The notes: a model not told the origin generated them from the letters alone. A stretch of 64,000 nt of DNA from Acidimicrobiales bacterium (GCA_038253125.1 JBBSHM010000005.1:56-64055), one strand, 5' to 3'. Positions 17,326-27,058 are shown, counted from the first letter of the stretch. Numbers and translations: made by a program.

Positions 17326-18942
17326 ATGGCCGAAGCAACCGTGACAGCCGGCGCCTGGGTGCCCGCCGACCAGCGGTCCTACGACCGGCGCTGGAAGGTC
17401 CTGGCCGTGCTGTGCACCAGCCTGGTCGTCGTCATCGTCGGCAACACCGCCCTCAACGTGGCGATCCCGACGATCCAGCGCCAGCTCGGGGCCAGCCAGA
17501 CGGCGCTCCAGTGGATGGTCGACGCCTACGGCCTTGTCTTCGCCGGGCTGCTCCTGACCGCCGGCGCCATCGGCGACCGCTTCGGCCGCAAGGGCTCCCT
17601 GCAGGCCGGCCTGGTGATCTTCTTCGTCGGCTCGCTGCTCGCCGGGCTGCTGGCGTCGACCGGCGGGATCATCGCCATGCGGGCCGTCATGGGCATCGGC
17701 GCCGCCTTTGTCATGCCGGGCACCCTGTCGATCCTGGCCAACGTCTTCCCACCGGACGAGCGGCCAAAGGCGATCGCCATCTGGGCCGGCCTGTCGGGCG
17801 CCGGTGGAGCCATCGGCCCGATCGCCAGCGGCTACCTGCTCAACCACTTCTCCTACGGCTCAGTCTTCTTCGTGAACCTGCCGATCATCGCCCTGGCCCT
17901 GCTGGCCGGTCACTTCCTGCTGCCCAAGTCACGTGACACCTCGCACACCCGCCTCGACCCGGTCGGCGCCGCCCTCACCATCGTCGGCCTCTCGGCGGTT
18001 GTGTACTCGATCATCGAGGGCCCGAGCCACGGCTGGCTCTCGAGCCATACCCTGGGCACCGCCGCCGCCGGGCTGGCCGTGCTGGGGGTGTTCGCATGGT
18101 GGGAGCTGCACAGCGACCACCCGATGCTCGATCTGCGCTACTTCAAGAACCCGCGCTTCGGGGTGGCCGCCGGCGGCGTGGTGCTCATCTTCTTCACGAT
18201 GTTCGGGATGTTCTTCCTGATCACCCAGTACTTCCAGCTCGTCCTCGACTACACCCCGCTCGGAGCCGGCCTCCGCCAGATCCCGATCGCCCTGGCCCTG
18301 ATGGTGACGGCGCCGAACTCGGCTCGGCTCGTGGTGCGCTTCGGCGCCAATCGCACCGTCGCCGGCGGCCTGGGACTGGTGTCCGGCGGGCTGCTGCTGC
18401 TGATGGGCACGAGGGTGGACACGCCGTACGCCTACATCGCCCTGTCGATGGTCGTCCTGGCCTCCGGCATGGGCCTGGCCATGGCGCCCCTGACGGCGTC
18501 GATCATGGGTTCGATACCTCTCGGCAAGTCCGGTGTGGGCTCGGCGGTCAACGACACGACGCGCGAGCTCGGCGGGGCGCTGGGCGTGGCCGTGCTCGGC
18601 TCGCTGCTCCAGTCGAGCTACGCGTCCCGGATCGGCAACCTGGCCGCTGTGCCCGAGGCGGTCCGACAGGTGGCCAAGAAGAGCGTGGGGGCGGCGCTGC
18701 AGGCCGCCGGCCTTCTGAGCCGGTCCGACCCGGCCGGGGCCCGGGCCCTGGTGGCAGGGGCCAAGCAGGGCTACGTCTCAGGCATGCACCTGGCCCTGGC
18801 CGTGGCTGGGTTGGTGGCGCTCGCCGCCGCCGGCCTGGTCCTGCGCTACCTCCCCGGCAAGGACGCCACCCCCGCCCCGTCCCCGGCCGGGCTTCCCGAA
18901 CCCGAGCGGCGCTACGATGCCCTGGAGCCCGAGGCGGTCTGA
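17326..18942 (+). CDS. MFS transporter, DHA2 (14-TMS drug:H+ antiporter) type
   Basis: The track ORF was trimmed to MAEATV, with GGAGGAG upstream. MFS motif A-like GAIGDRFGRKG. About 14 hydrophobic segments. Confidence 0.85.
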   Translation: MAEATVTAGAWVPADQRSYDRRWKVLAVLCTSLVVVIVGNTALNVAIPTIQRQLGASQTALQWMVDAYGLVFAGLLLTAGAIGDRFGRKGSLQAGLVIFFVGSLLAGLLASTGGIIAMRAVMGIGAAFVMPGTLSILANVFPPDERPKAIAIWAGLSGAGGAIGPIASGYLLNHFSYGSVFFVNLPIIALALLAGHFLLPKSRDTSHTRLDPVGAALTIVGLSAVVYSIIEGPSHGWLSSHTLGTAAAGLAVLGVFAWWELHSDHPMLDLRYFKNPRFGVAAGGVVLIFFTMFGMFFLITQYFQLVLDYTPLGAGLRQIPIALALMVTAPNSARLVVRFGANRTVAGGLGLVSGGLLLLMGTRVDTPYAYIALSMVVLASGMGLAMAPLTASIMGSIPLGKSGVGSAVNDTTRELGGALGVAVLGSLLQSSYASRIGNLAAVPEAVRQVAKKSVGAALQAAGLLSRSDPAGARALVAGAKQGYVSGMHLALAVAGLVALAAAGLVLRYLPGKDATPAPSPAGLPEPERRYDALEPEAV

Positions 18943-18945
18943 GCG

Positions 18946-19521
18946 ATGTCCATCACCGCGTCGCCTCGCACCGAACGGCTGAAGGAGACGATCCTGGCCA
19001 CCACCTGCGCCCTGCTGGCCGAGGTGGGCGTGGGCGGCCTGACGGTCGACGCGGTGGCGGCCCGGGCCGGCGTGGGCAAGGCCACGGTCTACCGGCACTG
19101 GGCCTCCCGGGCCGAGCTGATTCTGGACGCCGTCTCCTCGTTGGTCACCGACGACGAGGCGATCGACGCCGGCAGCCTCCGCCTCGACCTCGAAGCGGCC
19201 TACGAGCAGATCTGCCAGGTGTGCGGCTCCGGCGTGCTGGCCCAGGTGCTGCCGACGCTGGCCGAGGCCGCCGGCCGGGACCCCGAGCTCGAGGGGGTGC
19301 ACAAGGAGTTCGTGGCCCGCCGCCGCCGCCGCCTCGTGGCCGCCCTCGAACGGGCCGCAGAACGAGGCGAGCTGCGGCCGGGCCTCGATGTGGCGATCGC
19401 CGCCGACCTGGTGGCGGGGCCGATGTTCTACAAGAAGCTCGTCGATCACCAACGGCCCGACGAGGCCTACGCCAAGGCCCTCCTCGACATGGTCATGGTG
19501 GCCCTGGCCGGGCCCGGCTAA
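18946..19521 (+). CDS. TetR/AcrR-family transcriptional regulator
   Basis: 191 aa. N-terminal HTH LTVDAVAARAGVGKATVYRHWAS. Confidence 0.9.
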   Translation: MSITASPRTERLKETILATTCALLAEVGVGGLTVDAVAARAGVGKATVYRHWASRAELILDAVSSLVTDDEAIDAGSLRLDLEAAYEQICQVCGSGVLAQVLPTLAEAAGRDPELEGVHKEFVARRRRRLVAALERAAERGELRPGLDVAIAADLVAGPMFYKKLVDHQRPDEAYAKALLDMVMVALAGPG

Positions 19522-21245
19522 GCCACCGGCAGGCGGGGGCCGGCGACCCTCAGGTCGCCGCGGCGGCGGGTGGCGCCGCTGGCGTCGAGGAGCGAGGCGA
19601 GCGGGACGGCCCACTTGCGGCTGGTGCCCCACACCTCGCGCAGCTGGGACAAGGTGACGCCGTCGGGGTGCTCGCGCAGCAGGGCGGCGGCGGCCGCAGC
19701 GGCGGAGTCCACCGCCTCGGCCGCGAACCAGGTGCCGTCACGCTCCAGGACCGCACCCCGCCGGGCCAGCTCGCGCAGCTCGGTGCGGTCAACGCCGTCG
19801 GGCGGGGGCGGGGCGAACAGCTCGGCCCGAACGGCCGCTAGCCAGGGATGGCCTGCGAGGGGGTCGGAGGAAGCGGCGGTGGCCAGGCGCCACCGGCCGT
19901 CGAGCAGGCTCACGCCGTCGACGAGCCCGGCTTCCGCCACCAGGCGCTGCTTCTTGTCGAGCGCGGCGGCGTCGAGGCCGAGGGGCCCGGCGCCCTCGAC
20001 GGCGGCGGCCACCAGGGCGACGGTGTCGGCCAGGGCCTCGGGCGAGGCGACCCAGCGCCCGACCGTCGGCTCGGCCGGCTCGCCGGTGAGCCGCTCCAGC
20101 ATCTCGGCTGTGACCCAGCTCCGTTCGGCCACCACCCGGGCCACCGAGCGGTCGGGGTGGGCCCGCGACACCCGCAGCACCGGGTCGACGTCGAGCACCT
20201 CGCCGCCGCCGACGGTCTCGCCCCGCCCGTGCTCGCGCACCACGAACCGGTCGCCGGGCTGAAGCGGCAGCTGGACCGGCAGGTGGATGCGGACCAGGCC
20301 GTGCTCGCCGGGGGCCAGCCGGTCAGGCCCCAGCACCCGCAGGCGGCAGGGCACGGCCGCGGTGCCGACGTGCAGGATGTGGGCGCCTCGGCGAGAGACG
20401 TCGTGGTCGAGGGCGGCGAGCACCCCGATTGAGCCGTCGAAGCGGGCACTGGCCGCCCAGCGGCCGGTGTGTACGAGCGCCTCACCCCGGTGAACGTCCT
20501 GGTGGCTGACCCCGACGAGGTTCACCGCCAGGCGGTGACCCGGCCCCACCTGCTCCCGGGCGGCGCCGTGGGTCTGCAGGGCCCGGACCCGGGCCCGCCG
20601 GGCCGAGGGGCGCAGCTCCACCTCGTCGCCCACGCTCAGCGTGCCGCCGGCCAGGGTGCCGGTCACGACGGTCCCCGATCCCCGGGCCGCGAACGAGCGG
20701 TCGACCCACAGGCGGGCCCGGCCCCGGTCGGCGGCCTCGGGCAGCTCGGCCAGCAGGCCCCCCAGCGCTGCTCTCAGGTCGTCGAGGCCGATGCCGGCGG
20801 GAGCGTCGACCGCCACCACCGGGGCGTCCGCCAGCGGCGAGCCGGCGAGGCGCTCCTCGACCTCCCATCGGGCCAGCTGCAGCTCGTCCTCGTCGACCAG
20901 GCCGACCTTGGTCAGGGCCACGATCCCCCGGTTCACGCCGAGCAGCTCGAGGATGCGCAGGTGCTCCTCGGTCTGCGGCTTCCAGCCCTCGGTGGCGGCC
21001 ACCACGAACAGGCAGGCGTCGACCGCTCCCACTCCGGCCAGCATGTTGGGAAGGAAGCGCACGTGCCCGGGCACGTCCACCAGCTCCAGCCGCACCGGCC
21101 CGAGGTCGGTGGCGGCGAAGCCCAGGTCGATGGTGAGCCCCCGGGCCTTCTCCTCGGCCCAGCGGTCGGGGTCGGTGCCGGTCAGGGCCAGCACCAGGGT
21201 CGACTTGCCGTGGTCGACATGACCGGCGGTGGCGACGACGGGCAC
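19518..21245 (-). CDS. selB: selenocysteine-specific translation elongation factor
   Basis: 575 aa. GTPase motifs AGHVDHGKS, DVPGH and TKVD, followed by long winged-helix C-terminal domains typical of SelB. Confidence 0.9.
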   Translation of the reverse strand: MPVVATAGHVDHGKSTLVLALTGTDPDRWAEEKARGLTIDLGFAATDLGPVRLELVDVPGHVRFLPNMLAGVGAVDACLFVVAATEGWKPQTEEHLRILELLGVNRGIVALTKVGLVDEDELQLARWEVEERLAGSPLADAPVVAVDAPAGIGLDDLRAALGGLLAELPEAADRGRARLWVDRSFAARGSGTVVTGTLAGGTLSVGDEVELRPSARRARVRALQTHGAAREQVGPGHRLAVNLVGVSHQDVHRGEALVHTGRWAASARFDGSIGVLAALDHDVSRRGAHILHVGTAAVPCRLRVLGPDRLAPGEHGLVRIHLPVQLPLQPGDRFVVREHGRGETVGGGEVLDVDPVLRVSRAHPDRSVARVVAERSWVTAEMLERLTGEPAEPTVGRWVASPEALADTVALVAAAVEGAGPLGLDAAALDKKQRLVAEAGLVDGVSLLDGRWRLATAASSDPLAGHPWLAAVRAELFAPPPPDGVDRTELRELARRGAVLERDGTWFAAEAVDSAAAAAAALLREHPDGVTLSQLREVWGTSRKWAVPLASLLDASGATRRRGDLRVAGPRLPVA

Positions 21246-21270
21246 CGCCCCAGCATGGCCGCCACCGCCC

Positions 21271-21509
21271 CGCTACCCACGGGAGGCGGCGCCGAAGCTT
21301 CGCCAGCGGGTCGACCGCATGGCGTCATCCAGCGGCCTGACGATGGCCGAGGTGATCCGCCGTGCCATCGATGCGTACCTGGTCGAGGAGCCGGACTCGG
21401 CGTCAGCGCCGCCTCTGCCCTGGAGCGGGGCCTGGCGCTGGCGACACGCAACACCCGCCACTTTGGAAGGGTGCGCGGATTGAGGCTGCGATCCGCTCAG
21501 CTGACCTGA
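21271..21509 (+). pseudogene. vapBC-type remnant (RHH antitoxin piece joined to the last ~30 aa of a PIN toxin)
   Basis: One frame gives RYPREAAPKLRQRVDRMASSSGLTMAEVIRRAIDAYLVEEPDS (ribbon-helix-helix-like). About 20 nt later a second frame gives ALERGLALATRNTRHFGRVRGLRL, a typical PIN C-terminus. The rest of the PIN domain is missing. Confidence 0.45.
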
Positions 21510-21561
21510 AGCGCGGGCGCGGGCACGGTTCAGACGGCGCAGTTGTAGGAGCAGCTGCTGG

Positions 21562-21836
21562 TGGGCTCACCCCGACATCACCGACGCCGCCGTCGTCGGG
21601 GTCCCGAACCCCGTCGCCTTCGAGACCGTCACCGCCTTCGTGGTGGCCCGCCCCCAGTCGAGCCTGTCGCGCCGCGACGTGTGCGTGAGTGGGTCCGCTC
21701 GCAGATGGCGGAGCACGCCATGCCGAGGGTGGTGCACCTGGTGGAGGAGATCCCCCGCAACGCCACCGGCAAGATCGACAAGCCCGCCCTGCGCCTCCGG
21801 GCCGCAACCGCGGCCGGGCGCCCGGGTCTCGCCTAG
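21562..21836 (+). pseudogene. 3' fragment of an AMP-dependent synthetase/ligase gene, frameshifted
   Basis: AHPDITDAAVVGVPNPVAFETVTAFVVARPQSSLSRRDV reads in one frame. VREWVRSQMAEHAMPRVVHLVEEIPRNATGKIDKPALRL reads in another (GKIDK is the A10 lysine motif). The shift is at a GTGTGCGT dinucleotide duplication. No N-terminal domain lies upstream. Confidence 0.6.
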
Positions 21837-21846
21837 CATCGCCGGG

Positions 21847-22407
21847 GTGCGGGTGGTCTTCCTCGAAGCCCCGGAGCAGCTCCTCGCCGAGCGTCAGCGC
21901 CTCGGCCTCGACGGTCGAGACGAGATGTGGGAGGGCGAGCTGCACATGGTCCCGCCGCCGAGCTTCGGCCATCAGCGCAGGTCGGCCCGTCTCCTGCGGA
22001 CACTCGGTCCGCTCGCCGACGACGCCGGGCTTGAGGTGGTCGCCGAGGCCGGCCTCTACGACGGACCGAAGTCCTGGCGGGTGCCAGACCTGGTGGTGCT
22101 CCGGCCGGATCAGGCGACCCACCGTGGGGTCGAGGGCGGCGCTGTCCTGGCCGTCGAGATCCGCTCGCCGGGTGACGAGACCGACGCCAAGCTCGCCTTC
22201 TACGCCCGCTTCGGCGTGGAGGAGCTGCTGATCGTCGAGCGCGACAGCGGGTCGGTCACGCTGTTGCATCCGGCCGACGGGGTGTTCCGCCCGGTGGCAG
22301 CCGACGAAGAGGGTTGGCTGGCCGGCGCCCTGGGTGCCGCCTTCCGCCGGGGTGGCGAGTCGGTCCTGGAGGTCCGGCTGCCGGACGGCACGGTCAGCCG
22401 GTGTTGA
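21847..22407 (+). CDS. Uma2-family (DUF820) endonuclease
   Basis: The track ORF 21640..22407 was trimmed to the GTG at 21847. EGELHMVPPPSFGHQ, VPDLVVL and LAVEIRSPGDE fit the PD-(D/E)xK pattern of Uma2 proteins. Confidence 0.7.
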   Translation: MRVVFLEAPEQLLAERQRLGLDGRDEMWEGELHMVPPPSFGHQRRSARLLRTLGPLADDAGLEVVAEAGLYDGPKSWRVPDLVVLRPDQATHRGVEGGAVLAVEIRSPGDETDAKLAFYARFGVEELLIVERDSGSVTLLHPADGVFRPVAADEEGWLAGALGAAFRRGGESVLEVRLPDGTVSRC

Positions 22408-22425
22408 GCGCGGACCACGCCGGCG

Positions 22426-23691
22426 TCAGCCGCTCAGCGTCGGGGGCAGGCTGGTGAGGGCCGACTTCAGAACCGCGTCGTCGGCCGGGTCGACGGTCCG
22501 CAGGTCGCAGATGGTGCGGCCGGCCTCGACCCGGGCCACAACTGGGGGTTGGTGCCGCCGCAGGGCGGCGGCGAGGTCCCCGTCGACGGCCAGGCCGGCA
22601 CTCGGGATCTCCTGGCCGGGAACGCTGCCCCCGCCGGGCACGGCGACCGTGTCCACCACCTCGCCCACCCCGAGGGCTGCCGCCCGCGCCCGGAGTTCAT
22701 CGACCGGGGCGAGGGCCATGCGCCAGAACGGGACCCTTTCCGCCACGTCGCGGCGGAGGTAGGCGAGCAGCACCTCGGACAGGGCGGCCAGCACCAGGCC
22801 GCCGGGGCGCAGGGCCCGGGCCAGAGGGTGGCGGGCGCACGCCTCGACCAGGTCCCGCCGGCCGGTGATCACCCCGCCCTGGGGGCCGCCCAGCAGCTTG
22901 TCGCAGGAGAAGGTGACCAGGGCGGCGCCCGCCTCAAGCGACTGGCGGACGGCGGGCTCCTCGGCCAGCCAGGGTGGCGGCGGGCCGGCCAACCACGGGC
23001 AGCCGGCATCGAGCAGCCCCGAGCCGACATCGGCCACCACTGGGCGGCCGAGGGCAGCGAGCTCGGCGATGGTCGGCTGCTCGGTGAAACCCACGATGCG
23101 GTAGTTCGAGGCGTGGACGTGGAGGATGACATCCGACCCGGCGGCGGCGTGGTCGGCGGCCCGCGTCCGGTTGGTGGTCCCGACCTCGACGAGCTGGCAC
23201 CCGGACTGGGCGACCACTTCGGGTACCCGGAATCCGCCGCCGATCTCCACCAGCTGGCCCCGGGCCACGCTGACCCTCTGGCCGGCGGCGGTGGCGGCCA
23301 GGGCCAGGAGGATGGCGCCCGCCCCGTTGCCGACGACGAGGGCGGCCTCGGCTCCGGTCAGCCGGCTCAGCAGGTCGGCCGGCCGGCCCGAGCCCTGACG
23401 ACTGCCCCGCCGGCCCGAGACGACGTCGATCTCCAGGTTCTGGTAGCGGACGGGGGTTGCGGGGCGGCACGGGAGTGGCGCCCGGCCCAGGTTGGTGTGC
23501 AGGAGCACGCCCGTGGCGTTCACCACCGGCCCGAGGAGGGCGGCTGCCAGCTCGTCCGCCCGCGCCGGCGCGTCCTCCCACCCGTCAGCGGCGATGGCCC
23601 CCCGGGCCACCTCGACGCACAGGGCGTGGGGGAGACCCGAGCCGACGAGCGAGCGGGCCAGCCGGTCGACCGAGGGCGGGCGCCTGTCCAC
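22426..23691 (-). CDS. selA: L-seryl-tRNA(Sec) selenium transferase
   Basis: 421 aa. VVNATGVLLHTNLGRAP and the PLP-lysine context FSCDKLLGGPQGG. Confidence 0.9.
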   Translation of the reverse strand: MDRRPPSVDRLARSLVGSGLPHALCVEVARGAIAADGWEDAPARADELAAALLGPVVNATGVLLHTNLGRAPLPCRPATPVRYQNLEIDVVSGRRGSRQGSGRPADLLSRLTGAEAALVVGNGAGAILLALAATAAGQRVSVARGQLVEIGGGFRVPEVVAQSGCQLVEVGTTNRTRAADHAAAGSDVILHVHASNYRIVGFTEQPTIAELAALGRPVVADVGSGLLDAGCPWLAGPPPPWLAEEPAVRQSLEAGAALVTFSCDKLLGGPQGGVITGRRDLVEACARHPLARALRPGGLVLAALSEVLLAYLRRDVAERVPFWRMALAPVDELRARAAALGVGEVVDTVAVPGGGSVPGQEIPSAGLAVDGDLAAALRRHQPPVVARVEAGRTICDLRTVDPADDAVLKSALTSLPPTLSG

Positions 23692-23759
23692 CGGGCCGCA
23701 GGCTAGGCGCCGGGCTCCCGCGACGATCGGAACCCTCGGAGTCGTGGGAGAGTGGGGGA

Positions 23760-26024
23760 ATGTGGCGCGCCTTCAGACAGCTCGGTCGCGGCGTGATCCT
23801 GTTCCTGGTGTGCACGACCGTCGTGCCGATCGTCGTCGCTGTGGTGGTGCTCGGGTCTCTGCTGTTCCTGCCGCTGCCGGCGACGCTGCCCGAGGCCCGC
23901 CCGGTCGAGGGGAGCCAGTCCAGCCGGGTGCTGGACGCCCAGGGCAACGAGATCGCCGTCTTCAAGGCCTTCGAGCAGAACGTGCCCGTGCAGCCCCAGG
24001 ACATCCCACTCGTGCTGAAGCAGGCGGTCGTCGCCGCCGAGGACAGCCGCTTCTACCAGCACGCCGGCGTCGATCTCCAGGGATCGGCCCGCGCCCTGAT
24101 CCGTGACCTCCAGGGCAACAAGCTCCAGGGCGGCTCCACCATCACCCAGCAGTACGTGAAGCTCACCTACACCGGCAAGGAGCGCACGCTGGCCCGCAAG
24201 GTGAAGGAGGCGATCCTGGCCAGCCAGCTGGACCGCAAGATCGACAAGGACGAGATCCTCTTCCGGTACCTCTCCACCATCTCCCTAGGCGAGGGGACCT
24301 ACGGGGTCGGTGCCGCCTCCCAGGCCTACTTCCGCAAGCCGGTGTCGCAGCTGTCGGCCAGCGAGGCCGCCACGCTCGCCGGCGTCATCCCCGCCCCGAC
24401 CTACTACTCCCCACGGGACTTCCCGGACCGGGCCGAGCAGAAGCGGGTGCTCGTCCTCGACAAGATGCTTAAGGACGGCTATCTCAGCCCCGAGGACCAC
24501 GCCAACGCCGTGCGGGCCAAGCTCGCGCTGGCCGACAAGCCGGCCAACCCCAAGCTCGTCACCGTCGTCTACCCCCGCGAGCAGCCCCAGTCCCGCTACC
24601 CGTACTTCGTCGACTACGTGCGCCGGTTCCTGATCAACTCCTACGGCGAGGACCTGGTCTTCCGCGGCGGCCTCACGATCCAGACCACCCTCGACCCTGA
24701 CCTGCAGGCCAAGGCCGAGAAGCAGGTGGCCGACGCCCTGTCCGGCACCAAGCCCTTCCCGACGCCGAAGAAGAACGGCGACCCGAACCTGCTCAACATG
24801 ACGTTGGTGTCGGTGGAGCCGGGCACGGGGCGGGTCAAGGCCTTCGTCGGGGGCCGTGACCCCAACGATCCCTACGTCGGCAAGGTCAACAGGGCCCTGG
24901 GCCGTTGCTTCAAGCCCGATCCCAAGGTTCGGGTCGAGGTGCCGGCACCGTGCTGGAAGGACAAGGCCCCGATCGAGGGCGGCGGCTCGGGCGACCAACC
25001 CGGCTCGGCGTTCAAGGCGTTCACCCTGGCCGCAGCCCTGGAGAAGGGCATCTCGCCCGCCAAGAGCTACTCGTCGGCCGCCCCCTACCGGGTGCCGGGG
25101 TGCACGGGCGACAAGTGCACGATCAACAACGCCGGCGACAATATCTCGAGCGGCGGCTCGCTCACCCTGGCCCAGGCCACCACGGGGTCGGTGAACGTGG
25201 TGTTCGCCCGGCTGGCCGCCGAGATCGGCAACAAGGCGATCGCCGAGGAGGCCACCAAGCTGGGCATGAGCCAGGTGTGGGAGAGCCCTCAGGTGCACGG
25301 CGCCAGCTACACCCTGGGCGCCATCGAGGTCGCCAGCCTCGACATGGCCGCGTCCTACAGCGTGTTCGGCAACCGGGGCGTGCGGGTGCCGGCGACGCCC
25401 ATCGTCAAGATCGTCGACAAGGACGGCAAGGTGGTCGAGGACAACCTGCAGCCGAAGGGCGACCGAGTCATGGAAGAGGGCACGGCCGACACCATGAACT
25501 CGCTGCTGCGGGGCCCGATCGAGTCGGGCACGGCTAAGGGCAAGGGCATCGACCGACCGGCGGCCGGCAAGACGGGCTCGACCAACGACAACCTTGACGC
25601 CTGGTTCGTCGGTTACACGCCGAACTTGGCGACGGCTGTGAGCATGGGCTACGACGAGGGTCAGCCGCTGAAGAACATCAAGGGCGTGTCCACGGTGTTC
25701 GGCGGCACCATCCCGGCCTCGACCTGGCAGGGCTTCATGAAGCAGGCGCTCGACGGTGTACCCATCACCGACTTCAACGCCCCGCCGCCTGTCAGCAACG
25801 TCGAGGACGAAACCCGCCGCCGCGAGCGGGGCCTGATCGACCCGGGCGACAAGCGCGAGGCGATCGGCACCAGCCCCGGCGGTCCCTACGAGATCATCGG
25901 CGGCAACCGCCCTGCCGCACCGCCCCGCACGACGCCGGTCGCACCGGTCACCACCACGACGACCCTGCCGGTGAGCAGCACGACCAGCACCACCAAGCGG
26001 CCCGGCGGCCTGTTCGGTCCCTAG
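23760..26024 (+). CDS. ponA: class A penicillin-binding protein (glycosyltransferase + transpeptidase)
   Basis: The track ORF was trimmed to MWRAFRQLGRG plus a TM segment. GT51 motifs AAEDSRFYQHAGVD and GGSTITQQ. Transpeptidase motifs SAFK, SGGS/SxN region and KTGST. Pro/Thr-rich C-terminal tail. Confidence 0.9.
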   Translation: MWRAFRQLGRGVILFLVCTTVVPIVVAVVVLGSLLFLPLPATLPEARPVEGSQSSRVLDAQGNEIAVFKAFEQNVPVQPQDIPLVLKQAVVAAEDSRFYQHAGVDLQGSARALIRDLQGNKLQGGSTITQQYVKLTYTGKERTLARKVKEAILASQLDRKIDKDEILFRYLSTISLGEGTYGVGAASQAYFRKPVSQLSASEAATLAGVIPAPTYYSPRDFPDRAEQKRVLVLDKMLKDGYLSPEDHANAVRAKLALADKPANPKLVTVVYPREQPQSRYPYFVDYVRRFLINSYGEDLVFRGGLTIQTTLDPDLQAKAEKQVADALSGTKPFPTPKKNGDPNLLNMTLVSVEPGTGRVKAFVGGRDPNDPYVGKVNRALGRCFKPDPKVRVEVPAPCWKDKAPIEGGGSGDQPGSAFKAFTLAAALEKGISPAKSYSSAAPYRVPGCTGDKCTINNAGDNISSGGSLTLAQATTGSVNVVFARLAAEIGNKAIAEEATKLGMSQVWESPQVHGASYTLGAIEVASLDMAASYSVFGNRGVRVPATPIVKIVDKDGKVVEDNLQPKGDRVMEEGTADTMNSLLRGPIESGTAKGKGIDRPAAGKTGSTNDNLDAWFVGYTPNLATAVSMGYDEGQPLKNIKGVSTVFGGTIPASTWQGFMKQALDGVPITDFNAPPPVSNVEDETRRRERGLIDPGDKREAIGTSPGGPYEIIGGNRPAAPPRTTPVAPVTTTTTLPVSSTTSTTKRPGGLFGP

Positions 26025-27013
26025 GCCTTGGTGCCGGCGCTGGCCCCGCCCGGGTCGCCGTTCGGGCACTTCAGGACCTTGTCGCAGGCTGAGCGGTTGG
26101 GGACGGCGAAGGTCACCCCGTCGCTGGCGTAGCCGAGGGGGGCGTAGGTGCGGCTGGCCATGCCCAGCACCTTGCCGTCTGAGTTGATCAACGGGCCGCC
26201 CTGAAAGCCCTGGCCGACGGCGGCGTCGTGCATGATGCCGGCGGCCGAGACATCAGACACGAAGCCCTGGGTGATGGGGGTGCCCGCCCCGCCCAGGCCG
26301 CTGACGGCGAACACGCGCTCGCCCAGCTTGAGGGGAGGCGACGACGCGGCGAAGGCCACCTTCGGCAGGCTGCCCTTGTCGATGATCAGCAGGGCCAGGT
26401 CCTTGCTCTCGTCCCAGGTCCACAGCGTGGCCTTGAGCTGGGTTCCGCCCTGGCGGACGACGATGCCCGGCCCCGGGGCCCGGGTGCTCGCCTTGACCGT
26501 GGCGTAGGAGGCCAGGAGGTAGGACTGCCGGTTGTCGCTCGTCACCACGAAGGCTGAGCCGACCGACGCGGCGCCGGCTTCGTCCTGGGTCTGCACGAAG
26601 AACGTGGACGGGCCGACGGCCTTGGCCAGGTTGGTCAGCGTGTCGCCGCCGGCAGCCTGCTTGGTCAGGGGCGCAAGCTCGGCCTGGATGGCGGCCCGGG
26701 CGTTGGTGGTGTCGGCATCGATGGTCTTCTTGGCGTTGTCGAACTGCTGGCCGAACTGGGCGGCGAAGTCCTTGTTGAACTTGGCCTCCTGGTCCAGGCG
26801 GTTCTGGTAGTAGGCATACAGAGCCACGCCCGAGAAGGCGCTGCCCACGGCGAAGGCCAGGATGATCATGGAGATGCCGAGCACCGTCTTCGGCACCAGG
26901 CGCTCGCGCCACTCCGGGCTCTGCGCCCTCCACTGCTGCTGCTTGCTCCGCCGGTTGTCGAGCCAGGTGGTCGGCGGGTCCTGCGGTGCGTCGGCCGCGT
27001 CGGGGTAGGCCAT
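26021..27013 (-). CDS. membrane-anchored S1C (HtrA/trypsin-like) protease homolog, catalytic residues apparently substituted
   Basis: 330 aa with an N-terminal TM segment. Protease fold signatures GSAFVV, DLALLII and HDAAVGQGFQGGPLIN. The expected G-N-S-G-G-P reads G-F-Q-G-G-P (Ser to Gln). The expected TN.HV reads ASYATV (no His). Confidence 0.75.
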   Translation of the reverse strand: MAYPDAADAPQDPPTTWLDNRRSKQQQWRAQSPEWRERLVPKTVLGISMIILAFAVGSAFSGVALYAYYQNRLDQEAKFNKDFAAQFGQQFDNAKKTIDADTTNARAAIQAELAPLTKQAAGGDTLTNLAKAVGPSTFFVQTQDEAGAASVGSAFVVTSDNRQSYLLASYATVKASTRAPGPGIVVRQGGTQLKATLWTWDESKDLALLIIDKGSLPKVAFAASSPPLKLGERVFAVSGLGGAGTPITQGFVSDVSAAGIMHDAAVGQGFQGGPLINSDGKVLGMASRTYAPLGYASDGVTFAVPNRSACDKVLKCPNGDPGGASAGTKA

Positions 27014-27058
27014 TGGGCAGCGACGCTAGCCCTGCCGGAGGCCGTAGCCTCGGCTGGC

